DNA of 64,000 nt from Lama glama. Taxonomy: Eukaryota. Below the pieces are notes generated by a model. It had not been told where the DNA came from. It searched no databases and saw nothing but the letters and a program-made list of their open reading frames with translations. This document shows, in pieces, positions 12,811 through 25,652 of this stretch. How positions within the stretch are numbered: the stretch's first letter is position 1; every line of letters starts with the position of its first letter. The position numbers and the translations under genes were made by a program. The stretch lies in contig CM052816.1 in the NCBI GenBank assembly GCA_028534125.1, positions 77,192,001 through 77,256,000 of the forward strand, read 5' to 3'.

Positions 12811-13435
12811 GAGTTAGGCTTCCCCAGGCTCAGGCTCCCAGGCTCAGCTGGGCCTCTCTGTGCCCCTGTCTGTGGTGATGACTCAGCCTTCTCATTGACC
12901 TCATCTTCCCTCTGCTGGTGCTGCCCGCTCGGTGCATTTCGTCCTCCTCTCCTCTAGCTCCTAGGAGTCTCGCCACTTGCTTGGGATGTTTGCCAGCAGA
13001 GGCTGTTTTGGGCAGAAGGTACACTGGGTTCTCTGGGTCTAAGTAAAAGCCAGTTCCTTTAGGAGTCAGTTTCCCAGTGGCTGCAGACGTTACTTTCTAC
13101 GGTGTGCCCAGTTCTCACAAGGACAGGCTGTGTCCGGGAGTGTTGACGCGGGAGCTGGCCTGGCAGGAACACGGCAGGTGGGAGGGATGATCTGAGGCCA
13201 GCTGAGACACCCCATTGGCAACAACAACCAGAACATAGGGAAATGAAGGGTGTTCTCAGGCAGCCACAGCCCTGTGGTCCCCATGGCTCTGGAGGCCAAA
13301 GAAAAGCATGAGGTTGTGAAGTGGCACCTCCAGTTTGAAGTTAAAATCGTAGCCTGCCCAGTCTGCCCTTTCCTTAATGAAATCGAAAGTCGGCTTTTAC
13401 GATGGGGAGATCTCACTGCACCGTGGCCTTCAGAT

Positions 13436-14264
13436 CAGTGGTCCTCAGGGTGGTGTGTGAGGCCCATGAGGTCAAAACTATTTCTGTAATGATATTAAGA
13501 TTTTTTTTTTCTTTAAAGCTCCTTCTCTCCTGAGTGTGCAGGGGAGGAAACTGCTTTCCTCTACCCTCTTAGGGTTCCTGGCTGGGTCTGAAAAGTAAAC
13601 TGACAAAGACAGATGAACAGGAGAAAAGTAGACACTTTTTAAAAAATTTTTTACATGTACATGGGAGCCTTCACAAGAGAATAAAAACTTGAAGAAGGGA
13701 CCAGAGAAGGAAGTTTTTATACCTTTCAGACAACCGAACAATAAATCTGTGAAGAATAGACAAGGCAAAAAAGTTTGGGCTACACATAGGAATATGGTAA
13801 AGAAATAACTAGAAACATAAGAGTTAGTTTAATAAGGTTAATTTGCAGATTCTTCTGGTGCCATCTCTGGACTGATAAGAGTCTATCTCCAGTAAAAGAA
13901 GAAATTATTTTCTGCCTTTAGGCAGATAAGGGGGAGTTTTTTCTATGTTTACTGCTTCTTAATTGCCTTCAGCTCAAAATAAATCTTAGGTCAAAGAGGC
14001 ATATTTTGTAGTGACACACTCTGGTTTCCTTCAAGTGTGTCGTGGAATTTTCCAGAGGCTTCATGACATACGATGACATCTTTGCTCTGACAAATACAAT
14101 GTATGCTTTTGTGTTCTTATGTTTTAAAGGCTCCCCAGCTTCAATTGCTACTACAGTAAATTTCAATAGCTGTAACCCACTAGGTATAACAAAAGCTTTG
14201 GCGTTTCCAGTTATTTTTAAGAGTGCCAAAAAGTCTCAAGACCAAAAGAATGCAAGAATTGCTG
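13436..14264. mobile_element. Charlie1-like hAT element, split by an LTR
   Basis: CAGTGGT...GCTG termini; 'gaggtcaaaactatt' and 'ttttccagaggct' Charlie1 text; degenerate 8-bp TSD cttcagat/ccttagat. Confidence 0.7.
13537..14033 (-). mobile_element. ERV1 solo LTR (MER34-like)
   Basis: TG...CA termini; 4-bp TSD AGTG at 13533-13536 and 14034-14037; minus-strand start 'tgaaggaaacc...aaaatatgcc...ttttgagctgaaggcaatt'. Confidence 0.85.
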
Positions 14265-15865
14265 CCTTAGATATTTTATGTCAGCACTTGTTTTGTAGAT
14301 TTGGAGAACGAGGTTCCAAAGAGAGGATATCAGTTGCTTAAGGTCACACAGAGCTTGAGGCAGAAAATCCTGTACGTACCGCAGTGCCCAGGTGACCTTG
14401 CTGCTTGGCTACGGACCACAGCAGTGTTCACGCCCCTCCAAGTATATGGGTCAGGGTCTCATCTGCCCCTTTGGTCTCCTGCCTCCCTGTCCACCACCCC
14501 TGGGAAGGAGGGGGTCTTTCAGTGTAAGAGAATGCAACAGAACAACGCCACAGGAGGCCACTGATGTTAAGAAAATTGGCAAAGTAAGGTTTGTCTGTGC
14601 TCCTTGCTGAAGGCTGTTAGGTTTCTTTGGGGGGAGCCTGGAGCCGATCAGTCTGGGACCGAGCAGGTGAGGTCGAAGCAGCAGAGCAAGGCAGATTGCT
14701 CTGCAGCAGGCTCAGTTTGGATGAAAGGTGACCAGATGGAAACCGTCAAGGTCTATTTTGTTTCATCTGTTGGACCCCAACCTTGTGATCCAAATCTGTT
14801 GTGACTAAGGTTTTCTTCTTTCTGTTAACGTACTGCTCTTAAGGCCCTTTCAGACACCGTGGGGGATAACAGTTGGAGCCTTAGAGTTGTCTAGTGCACT
14901 TGGCCATCCATTCAGAGTTGTTTGTGGAGTACCCACCATGTGCCTTACACAGATCTGGGCCCGAGGGATATGGCGGTCACAGACAGACACAGGCCCTTCT
15001 CTCATGGAGACTGCCTTCTAGCAGAACAGTCCAGCTCCTCCTTTGCAGATGCCAGAGGCTCAGAGAGGTGAAGTGACTTGTCCACAGTCACACAGCTAGG
15101 TGAAGAAAGAATTTGCTGAGAATCCACCATATGCCTGGCCCCCTGGGGCATACAGCAGAAACAGGTGGTTCAGTCTGTGCCACAGATGAACTTGTTAGAG
15201 AGTTGAGACATATGCCCAACATAGTATTGTAAGTATTTAGAGGGCAAAGACTAAGAGAGTATAAAGTAAATGTTTAATTGCTTTAATTATTTAAGGACAC
15301 TTTTTGTTTAAAAAAAGTCATTCGGGTGTTAGTTTTTTGTGTTTGTTATTTGTTTCTTGAAGGTTCAATTTATCAAGCTACACGTTTAAAACGAGTTCTC
15401 TCAGATTCTGCTTATAAATGGATTAGGTTTGTAAATCTGGAAAATTTGAAAAACCACTTTTGAAAGCCTTAGATGAAATGTTGTATCACTCACAAATTCA
15501 GTTGAGCTACTTGAAATGTTTTCAACTGCCCGTACAAATTTAATACGTTTGATTTCCTTTGTAAGTAACTTAATTGCCTGGTTTAACAAAACATCTTGAG
15601 TACCCAAATAACCTCTTAAAGAATTAACAAGTCACACTCTTGTAAGTGTGGTGAAGCTTAAGTTTTCTTAGATGTGTCAGTACTATAAAAACAGTGAGAT
15701 TTCTACTTAAAATCGAAAGTCTAAATTAGTTACTCAAATTAAATTAGCTAACATTTTAAATTGAAATGTCAACACTGACCTATTTACAACCCAAATAGGC
15801 CATATTATCCTAAATGTTCAGATATCTAAAATACCAAGTGTGCACAGATATCTAACACTATATAT

Positions 15866-15928
15866 ATTTTTTTCTTTTTTTTTTTTATAAATGGAAGTAC
15901 TGGGGATTGAACCCAGGACCTCCTGCAT
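15866..15928 (-). mobile_element. 5'-truncated tRNA-Ala-derived SINE (vic-1-like)
   Basis: Poly(T) followed by 'atggaagtactggggattgaacccaggacctc' (reverse B-box half of the SINE head). Confidence 0.75.
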
Positions 15929-16879
15929 CCCTAAATATTCACTCTATTCCTCACCACCCCTTTAATATAAAATGTTAATACTGTTGTTTGATACTCTCTA
16001 ATATTCTTATGCCAATTTTAACTCTTTCTGAAATAAAACAAATTAGGGAATAATTTAGATCATACTGCCATATTCTAGGAGTTACCTTCTTCTGGAATTT
16101 TGGGGGTTGCTTTCTGGACTTCCTGGAGGTTGTACATTAATCAGCGATTTTGGCATAGATACTGACTAGACCCTTACCTGTGGCCCTGATGTCAGGAACA
16201 CCTAAAGTGGTGTCCCTAGGCATGATTCTACATTCAGCTTAGGCAATAACTGTTGTTCAGCTTCCACTCAGACTTGTCATTTGAACCATTTGATTTAATT
16301 TTGTTTTTTTGTTTTTGATCTTCAGTCAGACATGTAAAAAGTATTTTGTGTCAATACCCTGGAATTGAGAGAATCCTGCCCTGTAGGATCTCTTCTGTTT
16401 TTAGAACCTCCTAACTCCTAGGAATAATGTCATTGATGTGTGTTCCACTGAGGGCAGTGAGTCATTTCCACACATGACTCATGATCAGTCCTACTTCTAC
16501 TTTAAAGTCACATTTTAGGATGAGGCCCCAATCTTCAAGAAATTTAGAGCTGTTCATTCTTTTCTCTAATTCTATCATGAGCTTCTTAAAGGGTTACATT
16601 TTATCAAACATACCTCTTGATATCCCTCCCCGCACTTAGCACAGGAGACTCAGTACATCTTTCGATTTAACAAATGTTTGAGGAATTAAATAAGAAACTA
16701 TGCTGAAAAGGTAGAGTCAGGCGGAAAACTGAGTAGAGTTGATTGAGTGGAGACAGGGAATAGAAGTTAGTCTTTGAAGAAGTTTAGGAGCAAAGAGGAT
16801 ACAAATGAATGGAAAGGAAAGGTGTAAGGAAGAAAACTGTTGGTTAACCGCAAGTGAGTTTTGAGAAATGAAATAACGA

Positions 16880-17040
16880 ACAAACGTATTGAGTGCTTAC
16901 TACGCGCCAGACTCTGTTGTAAATGTTTTCTTTGTTTTAACGAACTCATTTGACCCTCCAAATATCCCTGTGAGGTAGGTATCATTATTCTTGCAATTTT
17001 CCAGAATGAGGAAACTGAGGCACAGGGAGGTTAAGTCATT
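16880..17040 (-). mobile_element. MIR SINE
   Basis: 'tattgagtgcttacta...ccctgtgaggtaggt...gaggaaactgaggcacagggaggttaagt'. Confidence 0.8.
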
Positions 17041-18541
17041 TACTGTTCTACTGGTTACGTGCGCTGATTTACTTTAAGATACCTCAGCATAAACTGAAGT
17101 ATGGTGCTTGTACGTATAATTGAACCTCAGCCTCAGAGATAGGCAGTGAGCCTTTGAAGTCTGCTAATCAGGAATTCATGCCCCAGAGGTGGCCGAGTCC
17201 CCAAAACCCCCTCCCCACTCTTGCTGGCGGGTGGTGCTGTCAAAGTGTTGTTCTTCCTAACTTGAAGTGACTTTTTCATGCACGGTGCTTGCTGGAGTGC
17301 ACGAGGGTGGAGCAGGGCCAACTCAAGCTTACAAAAACAGATCTGGGCTGACAGTTTTGTTCCCTCTCGCCAATAAACGTTTGCACTTTTTGCAGAATTG
17401 GGGCTAAGATTCGCCGCCAGGGCAATCTGTGCCTGTGAGTGAGGTTGCTGGGAACTGCTCTGCCCCTGATCACCAGCGGTTCCCATTATCAGGCAGAAAC
17501 CCTGACAGCCGTCTAACTGCCCCATTGCCGGGGGCAGCCTGTAGCTGCTCATGTCACACAGCTGGAAGGTGTCAGCACTGGTATTCATCCCTCGGCTTCA
17601 GCTCCTTGATCCACATGCCACACTGCCTCCCTGTAAGAGGAGACTGAACATAAGCGAGTGGGGTATTAGCAGAGGGCCAGGATTTTGCAAAGAGCCTAGC
17701 GAGAGACAATTGTACTTGAGGGGAAAGAGTCTTTGGAGTCAGGAAGGGAAGAGATAGTGGTGTAAGGTTAGCGGGTGCCTCTTTGAGTAAGTTTAGAGGC
17801 AGAGAAATGTAAGCAGAAGAATGTATTTCCTTGGACTTGGTTGAAAGCAAAGGGGTGGGGGCTATGGGGCCAAAGCCTCTTTTGTTTCTCCCATTTACGC
17901 TCTTGTGTGAAGCCGGGCTGTCTAGGACCGGCAGTGGAAGCTTCTCTGAAGGGAAACTGAAGGGGGCTGAGTGTGGCCCCAGGGTTGAGGCATGGCATCT
18001 GTCCCCACCCCTGCTGCCTGTCAAGATGTCAGGGTCATCCAACAGGAGGCCTGGGATACCTGCCCATCCTTCTAATGATCAGTGAGCAGAGGAACGAAGT
18101 GCAGCATGAAGGACCCAGTAGCTCGAGACACCGGCTCGGCAGGAGGCAGCGGGTCTGGAAGGGGGAGGTGAGGGGCACCGCAGTCCCTTCCCAAAGCTTG
18201 TGGGAATGTTGAGGATGCGCCTGGTGAATATTAAGTTTCCCTGAGGTCAAAGGGGAGGGCAGTCAGTTCTGGAGAGATGAAATGACTCTGCCTTTTGTTC
18301 CTCCGCAAAAGCTGTTGAATAATTCAAGGCAATGGTAGGGAAGTGGGCTCAGAGCAGACATCCTGGTGGGTTGCCATGGGACTGAGTTCTCAAAGGAAGG
18401 GCCCTTCTCCCTCTTGTGTCCTCCTTGGCGTCCCTGGTCCTGCTCCCACGCAGCTCCCAAGGAGCCAGGCTCCCTTTTCAGCCTCGGGGATGAATGTCCA
18501 CCAAAGAGAGGCCCTGGAGGAGCTTCAAAACTCAGGGGGAC

Positions 18542-18654
18542 GGGGGTGGGTAGAGCTCAGTGGTAGAGTGCATGCTTAGCATGCATGAGATCCTGGGTTC
18601 AATCCCCAGCACCTCTGTTTAAAAATATATATATTTGAAAAAAAACAAACAAAC
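18542..18654 (+). mobile_element. tRNA-Ala(AGC)-derived SINE (vic-1-like)
   Basis: A box GCTCAGTGG; anticodon arm catgc-ttAGCat-gcatg; B box GGTTCAATCC; A-rich tail; degenerate TSD aaaactcaggggga/aaacctcagcggga. Confidence 0.85.
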
Positions 18655-19949
18655 AAACCTCAGCGGGAGACAAGCAGATGTGAAGAGGCCAGCTGACTCC
18701 CTCTCAGGTATTTGCCTTCTACTGAAAGAAACAGGGGGCCCTGACAAGGGGAAGGGGAGAGACGGAGAGAGGGGCTGGCTGGCTCTGGAACCCCATGAAC
18801 CTGCTGGGCCTCATCCCTGCCTGCCTGTGGCGTGGCCGTAGGCTTCCTGCCTCGACCGCTAGAGACAGTCTCTTTCTTCCAGACAAAACCGCTTTGTAAG
18901 CAGCCTTCCCCATGGACTCACTTTCAGTCTAGACTCATTGATTCTCATTCAGAGGAGCAGACGTCAAGCCCTCAAATTCAGCAGATGCCCACCTTCAGCT
19001 GGATCTGAATTTATAATCAGACACCTCAGTCAGAGAGATCATAATCAAACTGGACTTGGCCTCCAAATTCAGCTGTCCATGTGTTATTATTGTATCCTCT
19101 AACACTAAGAAAACACCTTGGAGGCACATTGAATGCACAAAACACCAGAATGTTGCTCTTGTAAGAGCAGCTGTGCAAAGGTCCTGGCACCAAACCCAGT
19201 TACTCCACAGAAGGCCTGCCTCCTTCTCTCCTCACCATGGGGAAGACTGTCTTAGGCAGCCACACATGAAGTTAGAGAAAATGCTGTCTGTCCAATATAA
19301 TTGTGCTTCATTCAGAGGATGAAGTTTTCATATAGTTTTCAGTCTACAGTATTTGGAGCAACTCAGCTTTAAAAAAGTATGTTATAGCAATTCAGTCAGT
19401 CATAAACTAGTTTGAGAAATATTGGCAGCCACATCAAGGTTTTGCATGGGACAAAGGAGGGGATGTTGATCTCAATAAACCTGTCAATCATCTTCAGTAT
19501 TCCTCCAAAATACAGAGTCAGGCAATAGCTGGGTGGGTGCAAGTTCTACTCAGCAAGTCAGCTCCCCAGTGCCTTAGAGTCAGTCACTGCCTGGGGTCTG
19601 ATAACTTGCAGGTATCCAAGGAAAACTAAGCATCTGATTTCATTAAAATATATGTTCTCACTTTTTTGTAAAGTAGCTCTGTCTTTTATTTTCCCACAAC
19701 ATGTAGCTAGGACCTAGGGGTGAGCTGGATGATGTGAAGGAAGTCTTAGAGAGAGAGGATGGGGAGGTGGGGGAGGGGGCTTTGGGAGGAGGAGCTACTA
19801 TTCCTAAGACAAAGCATTAAGAATCCACTCATTCATTAACAAGCCGAGGCTGAGCACCACAGAGCTGCTAGGATTCAGCGATGACATAAATCAAGACGAT
19901 GATAACAATGGTGACAGAGCACTTGCTGTGAGTAAACTCTATTCCAAGA

Positions 19950-20473
19950 TGCTATGGCCCGAGCGTTTGCGTCCCTCCCAAAGTCATAGATTGAAACTTA
20001 ACTCCCAATGGAAAAGAATATGAAAAGGAATATATATGTGTGTGTAACTGAAGCACTATGCTGTACACCGGAAATTAATACAACATTGTAAATCGACTAT
20101 ACTTCAATAAAAAAATAAAGACCTACTTACTAGAAGTAAAAAAGAAAAGAAAAGAAATTTAACTCCTAAGGTGATGGCGTTTGGAGGTAGGACTATTGGG
20201 GAATGATTAGATCACGACGGCAGAGCTTTCAGGAACGGAATTAGTGCCCTTATAAAAGGGACCCCAGGGAGCTCCCTTATCCCTTCCTCTATGTGGGGAC
20301 ACAGAGAAAAGACAGCCACCAATGGGGAAGCCAGCTCTTATCAGACACCGAACCTGCTGGGGCCTTTATCTTGGACTTTGAAGCCTCCAGGACTGTAAGA
20401 AATTAATTTCTGTTGTTTGTAAGCTCCTCAGTTTATGGTACTTTTGTTATAGCGGCCTGAATGGACTAAGACA
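19950..20473 (+). mobile_element. MLT1A/B-like solo LTR, interrupted by L1
   Basis: Starts 'tgctatgg', ends 'gactaagaca'; contains 'attagtgcccttataaaagg' and 'tcttggactt...gcctccag..ctgtaag'. Confidence 0.85.
20009..20153 (+). mobile_element. Short young L1 3' end with candidate 3' transduction
   Basis: L1 terminus '...gactatacttcaat', A-tract, 18-nt unique tag, second A-rich tract; TSD gaaa(c/t)ttaactcc(c/t)aa at 19993-20008 and 20154-20169. Confidence 0.85.
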
Positions 20474-20779
20474 CAACCTTTCTATGTCTTAGGAAATGTG
20501 TAATCTGGTGGAGAAGAACCACATATACCCAATTAACAATGAAGCACAGGAGAGTGTAACCAATATCATAAGAAAAAGTAATAAAGAGGTGTGGAATTGC
20601 ACAGGAGGGAGACATAAATTCTGAAGTTAGAGGCAGGATGGAGGAAGGTCTTCCTGGAGAATATACGTGATGGCAGTTCCCAGCACACCCAGCCTCCACT
20701 CGAAGTGACAATAATGTGGCTGCGGCTCTCACCCCCGCCAGCTGACCACTTGGGACGCTGTGGGACATATTTGGATGGG

Positions 20780-21210
20780 TGCTGTGAACCCACATTGTAC
20801 TCGTTCTACTTCGAGAGACTGGAAAGCTGAAAACAACCCTTCTGAGGCTTCCTTGCAGCTAGAGCTCTGTTTGAGAATTTGACTCTGCCCGGGAGCTACC
20901 CTTGCATGAGATCTGGGAGGCAGACATGAGGCAGAGGCTGTCCTTTGTGGTGGTGACTGATGAGTCAGCTCCAACAGATCTGAGTGTTGCAACATCTGGC
21001 CTCCAGGGTCCAGCTTCATGGGGTGAGGCAATCGGGGTGACAGCAGTGGTCATCACAATAAAGCAGCAGCAGTGGCCTGTTCTCTGGATGCCATCAGTGG
21101 TTAGATCTTGAAACCAGAAGTCCATTGACAGCCCCCTGACTTCTTCTCCTGCAGCATTTTCAATATGAAATTCCTAGAGTGGTTTCTGTGTCCTGCTGAA
21201 TCCTGAGAAG
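20780..21210 (+). mobile_element. Old ERVL LTR (LTR16/LTR33-like)
   Basis: 'ccttgcagctagag' and terminal 'ctagagtggtttctgt...tcctga'. Confidence 0.45.
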
Positions 21211-21589
21211 TAGAGATACTTTGAAGGACCAATTAACAACTCCTATAGATAAGTAGTAATATAGAAAATCTTACAGCTGATTTGGGTGTGGCCACATTCG
21301 CTGCATCCGTTGTTAGCCGCCTGTACGTTGGCCTCTGTTCCACCACCCAGTGTCCTGTAGTTGATAACTGGTGAGCCCATCCTCACAGATTCCCCTTGGT
21401 GGCAGCTCTGTCCGTTTGTTGCCTCTCTTCCCTTCCTTAGCCATACTGTTACCTTCAGTTTCTGCTGTCTGCACAACTTCTCCTTCTCTGTCTTTTCCTC
21501 TGAATTCTCTTTGCTGCTACCCCTATCAAACTGCCTGCACCCTTGGCCCTTTGCACTTCTATCTTTGTGCTCTCTCCCTTGGGAAAATA

Positions 21590-21975
21590 TTCATTCTTTC
21601 TTTCTTCACTTCCTGGTTTTCACGTAAGTGCTGAGTGCTGTGGCCAATGTAAAGATAAGTGGTAAGACTCAGGCTCAAGGAATTTACAGTTTAGGAGGAG
21701 AGGTAAGTCAGGTATATAAAAAGTGTGTTCCAGTAATAACAACTATTATAGAAAGGTTATCAAAAAGGGCTTTGAAAATCGAAGGTAGAAAATCAAGAAG
21801 GCTTCATGAAGAAGGCAACCCGGGAGCTGAACCTGAGATGGCGTTGATAAGTGAAAATGGACCTCAGAGAAAGGAAAGCATTTTAAGAAAAGGAAATGGC
21901 ATGAGAGCAGTTTAGTAGAAGTGAGAAAGTACAAGGTAGGCAGGGAAGTTTTATACTTGTGGCCATAAAGCAATC
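21590..21975 (-). mobile_element. L2 fragment
   Basis: 'ctcaaggaatttacagtttagg', 'gaaggcttcatgaagaagg', 'gagctgaacctga'. Confidence 0.55.
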
Positions 21976-22282
21976 TGGTAGTTAGATTGTAAGCTTCGTG
22001 AGGTCTGGAACCTTGTTCACTAGCTTGTCTCTATTCCCAGGATTCAGCGTTACACCTGGTACCTAGTAGGCATGGCTGTATTTGTGAAATGGAAGTCTAG
22101 AGTGATGAGCACTCTCTTCCATCGTGCTGCTGGATGCGGCTAGTCCGGAGCCCAGATGCTCCCTCCATCTGCCCTGTGGCAGCTCTGCCATCAAGAGTCA
22201 ACCTAGGATAATAAGCCCCTGAACATCTATGTTTTCCATCCAACAGACAAAGAGCTTCCTCCTTTCTTTATCTTATATTCTT

Positions 22283-23304
22283 AAAAAAAAAAAATATATA
22301 TATATATATATATTTCTTTTTTTTGAATTGAAGTGTGGTCAGTTCACAATGTTGTGTCAATTACTGGTGTACAGCACAATGCCTCAGTCACACATGAACA
22401 TACATATATTTGTTTTCATATTCTTTTTCACTATGTTACTGCAAGATATTGAATATAGTTCCCTGTGCTATACAGTATGAACTTGTTTATCTATTTTATA
22501 TATATATATGTTAGTATCTGCAAATCTCCAACTCCCAATTTATCACTTCCCACCCCCTTCCCCCCACCGCCCAGTAACCATAAGTTTGTTGTCAATGTCT
22601 GTGAGTCTGTTTCTGTTTTGTAAATAAGTTCATTTGTCTTTTTTTTTTTTAGATTCCACATACAAGTGATATTATGTGATATTTTTCTTTCTCTTTCTGG
22701 CTTACTTCACTTAAAATGATAATCTCCAGGTCCATCGTGTTGGTGCAAATGACATTATTTCCTTCTTCTTTATGGCTGAGTAGTATTCCATTGTATAAAT
22801 ATACCACAGCTTCTTTATCCAGTCATCTGTTCATGGACATTTAGGTTGTTTCCATGTCTTGGCTAGTGTAAATAGTGCTGCTATGAACACTGGGGTGCAT
22901 GTATCTTTATGAATTAAGGTTCCCTCTGGATATATGCCCAGGAGTGGGATTGCTGGATCATATGATAACTCTGTTTTTAGTCTTTTGAGGAATCTCCATA
23001 CTGTTTTCCATAACAGCTGCACCAAACAACATTTCCACTAACACTGTTGGAGTGTTTCCTTTTCTCCACAGCCTCTCCAGCATTTATCGTTTGTGCACTT
23101 TTGAATGATGGCCATTCTGACTGGTGTGAGGTGATACCTCATTATGGTTTTGACTTGCATTTCTCTGATAATTAGCGATACGTGATTTTTTTTTCATGTG
23201 CGTATTGGCCATTTGTATGGCTTCATTGGAGAATTGCTTGTTTAGGTCTTCTGCCCATTTTTTGAATTGGGTTGTTTGCTTTTTTATTATTAAGTTTTAT
23301 GAGC
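22283..23304 (-). mobile_element. Young L1 (3' ORF2 end plus 3' UTR, ~1 kb)
   Basis: ORF 22831-23025 ([32 protein letters not shown]...) is the L1 ORF2 C-terminus; TSD tta(t/c)ctta(t/c)attctt at 22268-22282 and 23305-23319. Confidence 0.92.
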
Positions 23305-24387
23305 TTACCTTACATTCTTTTGTAGTTAACCAGTCCACTGGGCTAGAGGTCCCACTAACCATCCACTAATCTTGATAGTTAGACTTTCAAAATGTATTCA
23401 GAATATGACCACTTCTCACCATCTCGCCTGCTACTTTCCAGTCCAGTGCTCACTTTGCACTCTTGACCCTTCAACAAACACAGCAGCAAGAGGGATCCCT
23501 TAAAGAGTATAAATCCCAGCATGTCACCCCTGTGCTCTGCTCATTTCCCATGTTCTCTAGGGCCTGGCGTGCTCTGGCCCCCGGCAACCTTCATGAGAAG
23601 CACATACGCTCAGTAATACACCCTTCTACTTCCGTTAATTCCAGGCTAGTGAATTTCTTTCTCACACATGGTGAGACGTACACTTTCATCTTCTTCCCAC
23701 TTTCTTTCAGCTCTTAGCTATTACACTGAAATGTGTTCTTTCTTCTTTATTGGTCCCATCTGGAAGCCAAAAGACAAGCTGTGTTAAGTCTAACAAATCT
23801 AAGAATAGCTATCGAGGTTTAACTACCCTAGTGTTTAGAATGAAATTAGATTGAACGAAGAACCAGTGTTGGCCTCTTCTGGTTTGCCAGAACTTCATGT
23901 CTACAGAGTCCTTTAAACATCCCCATAACTGTTTCCATTACCTCCCTCTCCTCAAAGTAACCTGCTATTCTTTGAGTTCTAACATCCTTCAAGTTATAGA
24001 ATCTTTCCAAAAAATTTCTTACTTGGGATTATCGTGTTTATGGTTTGTGTAAGTAGTAGATAGAAAAAAGGGGTTTTCTTATTTCTTTCCTTGGTAATAA
24101 AAATTTTCAACAATATTATTGATTAAATAGTCATCTGTGATGTTCCCTCAGGATATAATCACCACTTATTACATTGATTCTGTGGAAAAACCAACTAATT
24201 TATAATGAAAGGAAGAAAGGAGCAAAGGAAGATTATTGCATAAAGGTAGAAGTTATTTCAAAAAACCATTCATTAACTGCCCTTGTTTATTTTTATTTTT
24301 TCTTGAGGCATTGTTGGGGGAAGAGGAGAGATGAGTCCTGACCTCCATTGTCAATCAATTCACAGTATAAAAGAAGCAGCAAAGCAA

Positions 24388-24388
<1 letters not shown>

Positions 24389-24421
<33 letters not shown>
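24389..24421. repeat. (CA)n microsatellite
   Basis: Uninterrupted CA run seen directly. Confidence 0.95.
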
Positions 24422-24424
<3 letters not shown>

Positions 24425-25199
24425 GCTGAAGTAGCCACAAGTTTCAAATTAGAGCAGGACACAGAAAATCCATATTAATTAAGATAAATTACTATGCCAA
24501 TGAAAAGTCCTTGCCTCTCAGTCCAGCACACCGTTCTCAGAAGCTGAAGGAAGAGCAAACCTTCAGAGAGCTTAAGTTAGATGAGTTCAGAGGAGGAAGC
24601 ACTCCTGGGAAATTCACTGTTTCATTTGGCAGCACACCTCCTTGTGCTGGTGCCCTGGGCCCCTGGAAATCTACAAAAAGGGAGCCCAACAGGACTTTCA
24701 TTGTAAATTTTTGTGCCCTATACAGAGAATCGAGCCAGGCTAGGTAAGGTGAAAATAAAGGGACAGGCCAGGGCCAGGATTTTCGAACTTGAAAATATTT
24801 TGCTGCCTGAGAGAGTGTCTGTAAGCTGACTGTGATGACGATTGGCTACAGGCCTTAGCAGATGTGCTTCACAAGCATTTTCACATTTAATGAGTCCAGA
24901 GAGCATCCCGTGGGGATGGTCAATCACTCATTACCAGATTACGGTAAGGAAGTGGGGGAACCTAAGGGTTTCAAGTGAATGATGGGGACACCAGGAGTGA
25001 GTATCTCAGTGTGTTCTCATAAACACTTTTGCTTCCAGGAGAGGCAGGGAAAAGGGGTGGCTTCCAGCATGAGTGTGACTTCAGGGAAGAGGGAGATGGT
25101 TTTCCATGTGAATATTTAGTCCCGTGACCCCATATGTACACAGACACCCATGAATGCTGCCTGAGCCTGCAGAAACGGTTTTGTGCAGTGGACATTCAT

Positions 25200-25652
25200 G
25201 ATGCCATTGGGCTGCCCAGCACTTTCCCAGTATCCTTCTTTGGTTTGAAAATTTCCAAATTTATGATCCCACTTCCCCAGGAATGAGCCAGAAACTCATT
25301 GACCCAAATTTCTTTGCAGCTAGAGGCATGGGCCCATCCTCCTCAAGGGTACCCATGCAAGACTCTGATTTGGAGGAGAGTCATGAGTGCTGGGTGGAAG
25401 ACTTCTGATGAGGGTGACAGAGAGACATTTGTTATGCAGAGGCCAAGGCTGCAATGATCCCAGTGGACGTTCCCCTGCCATGCTGTAACAGCAGTGTCTG
25501 TCCTGGCGTAATAACTAGTGTTGGTCATAGCTGAGTAGTCTCCAAGCCTAATTATCTAGCCCTCAATGGCATTTGGTGAAATAATCAATATAGTCCAGTA
25601 ATATAACTGAGGTCGCCACATTGAATTCTGTTGCTTGCAACCAAGAACTCTT
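25200..25652 (+). mobile_element. Old ERVL/MaLR-class LTR
   Basis: 'tttgcagctagaggcatg' and terminal 'ttctgttgcttgcaaccaagaactct'. Confidence 0.5.

Noticed and set aside
17133..18250. Cluster of overlapping 65-156 aa ORFs
   Set aside because: Present on both strands in GC-rich DNA, no homology recognised, no coherent exon structure
18370..18382. RFX X-box-like GTTGCCATGGGAC
   Set aside because: Second half-site is imperfect and there is no promoter context; expected by chance
18542..18617. tRNA-Ala(AGC) gene
   Set aside because: Extra bases between the acceptor stem and D arm, an A-rich tail and TSD, and multiple similar copies show that it is a SINE head
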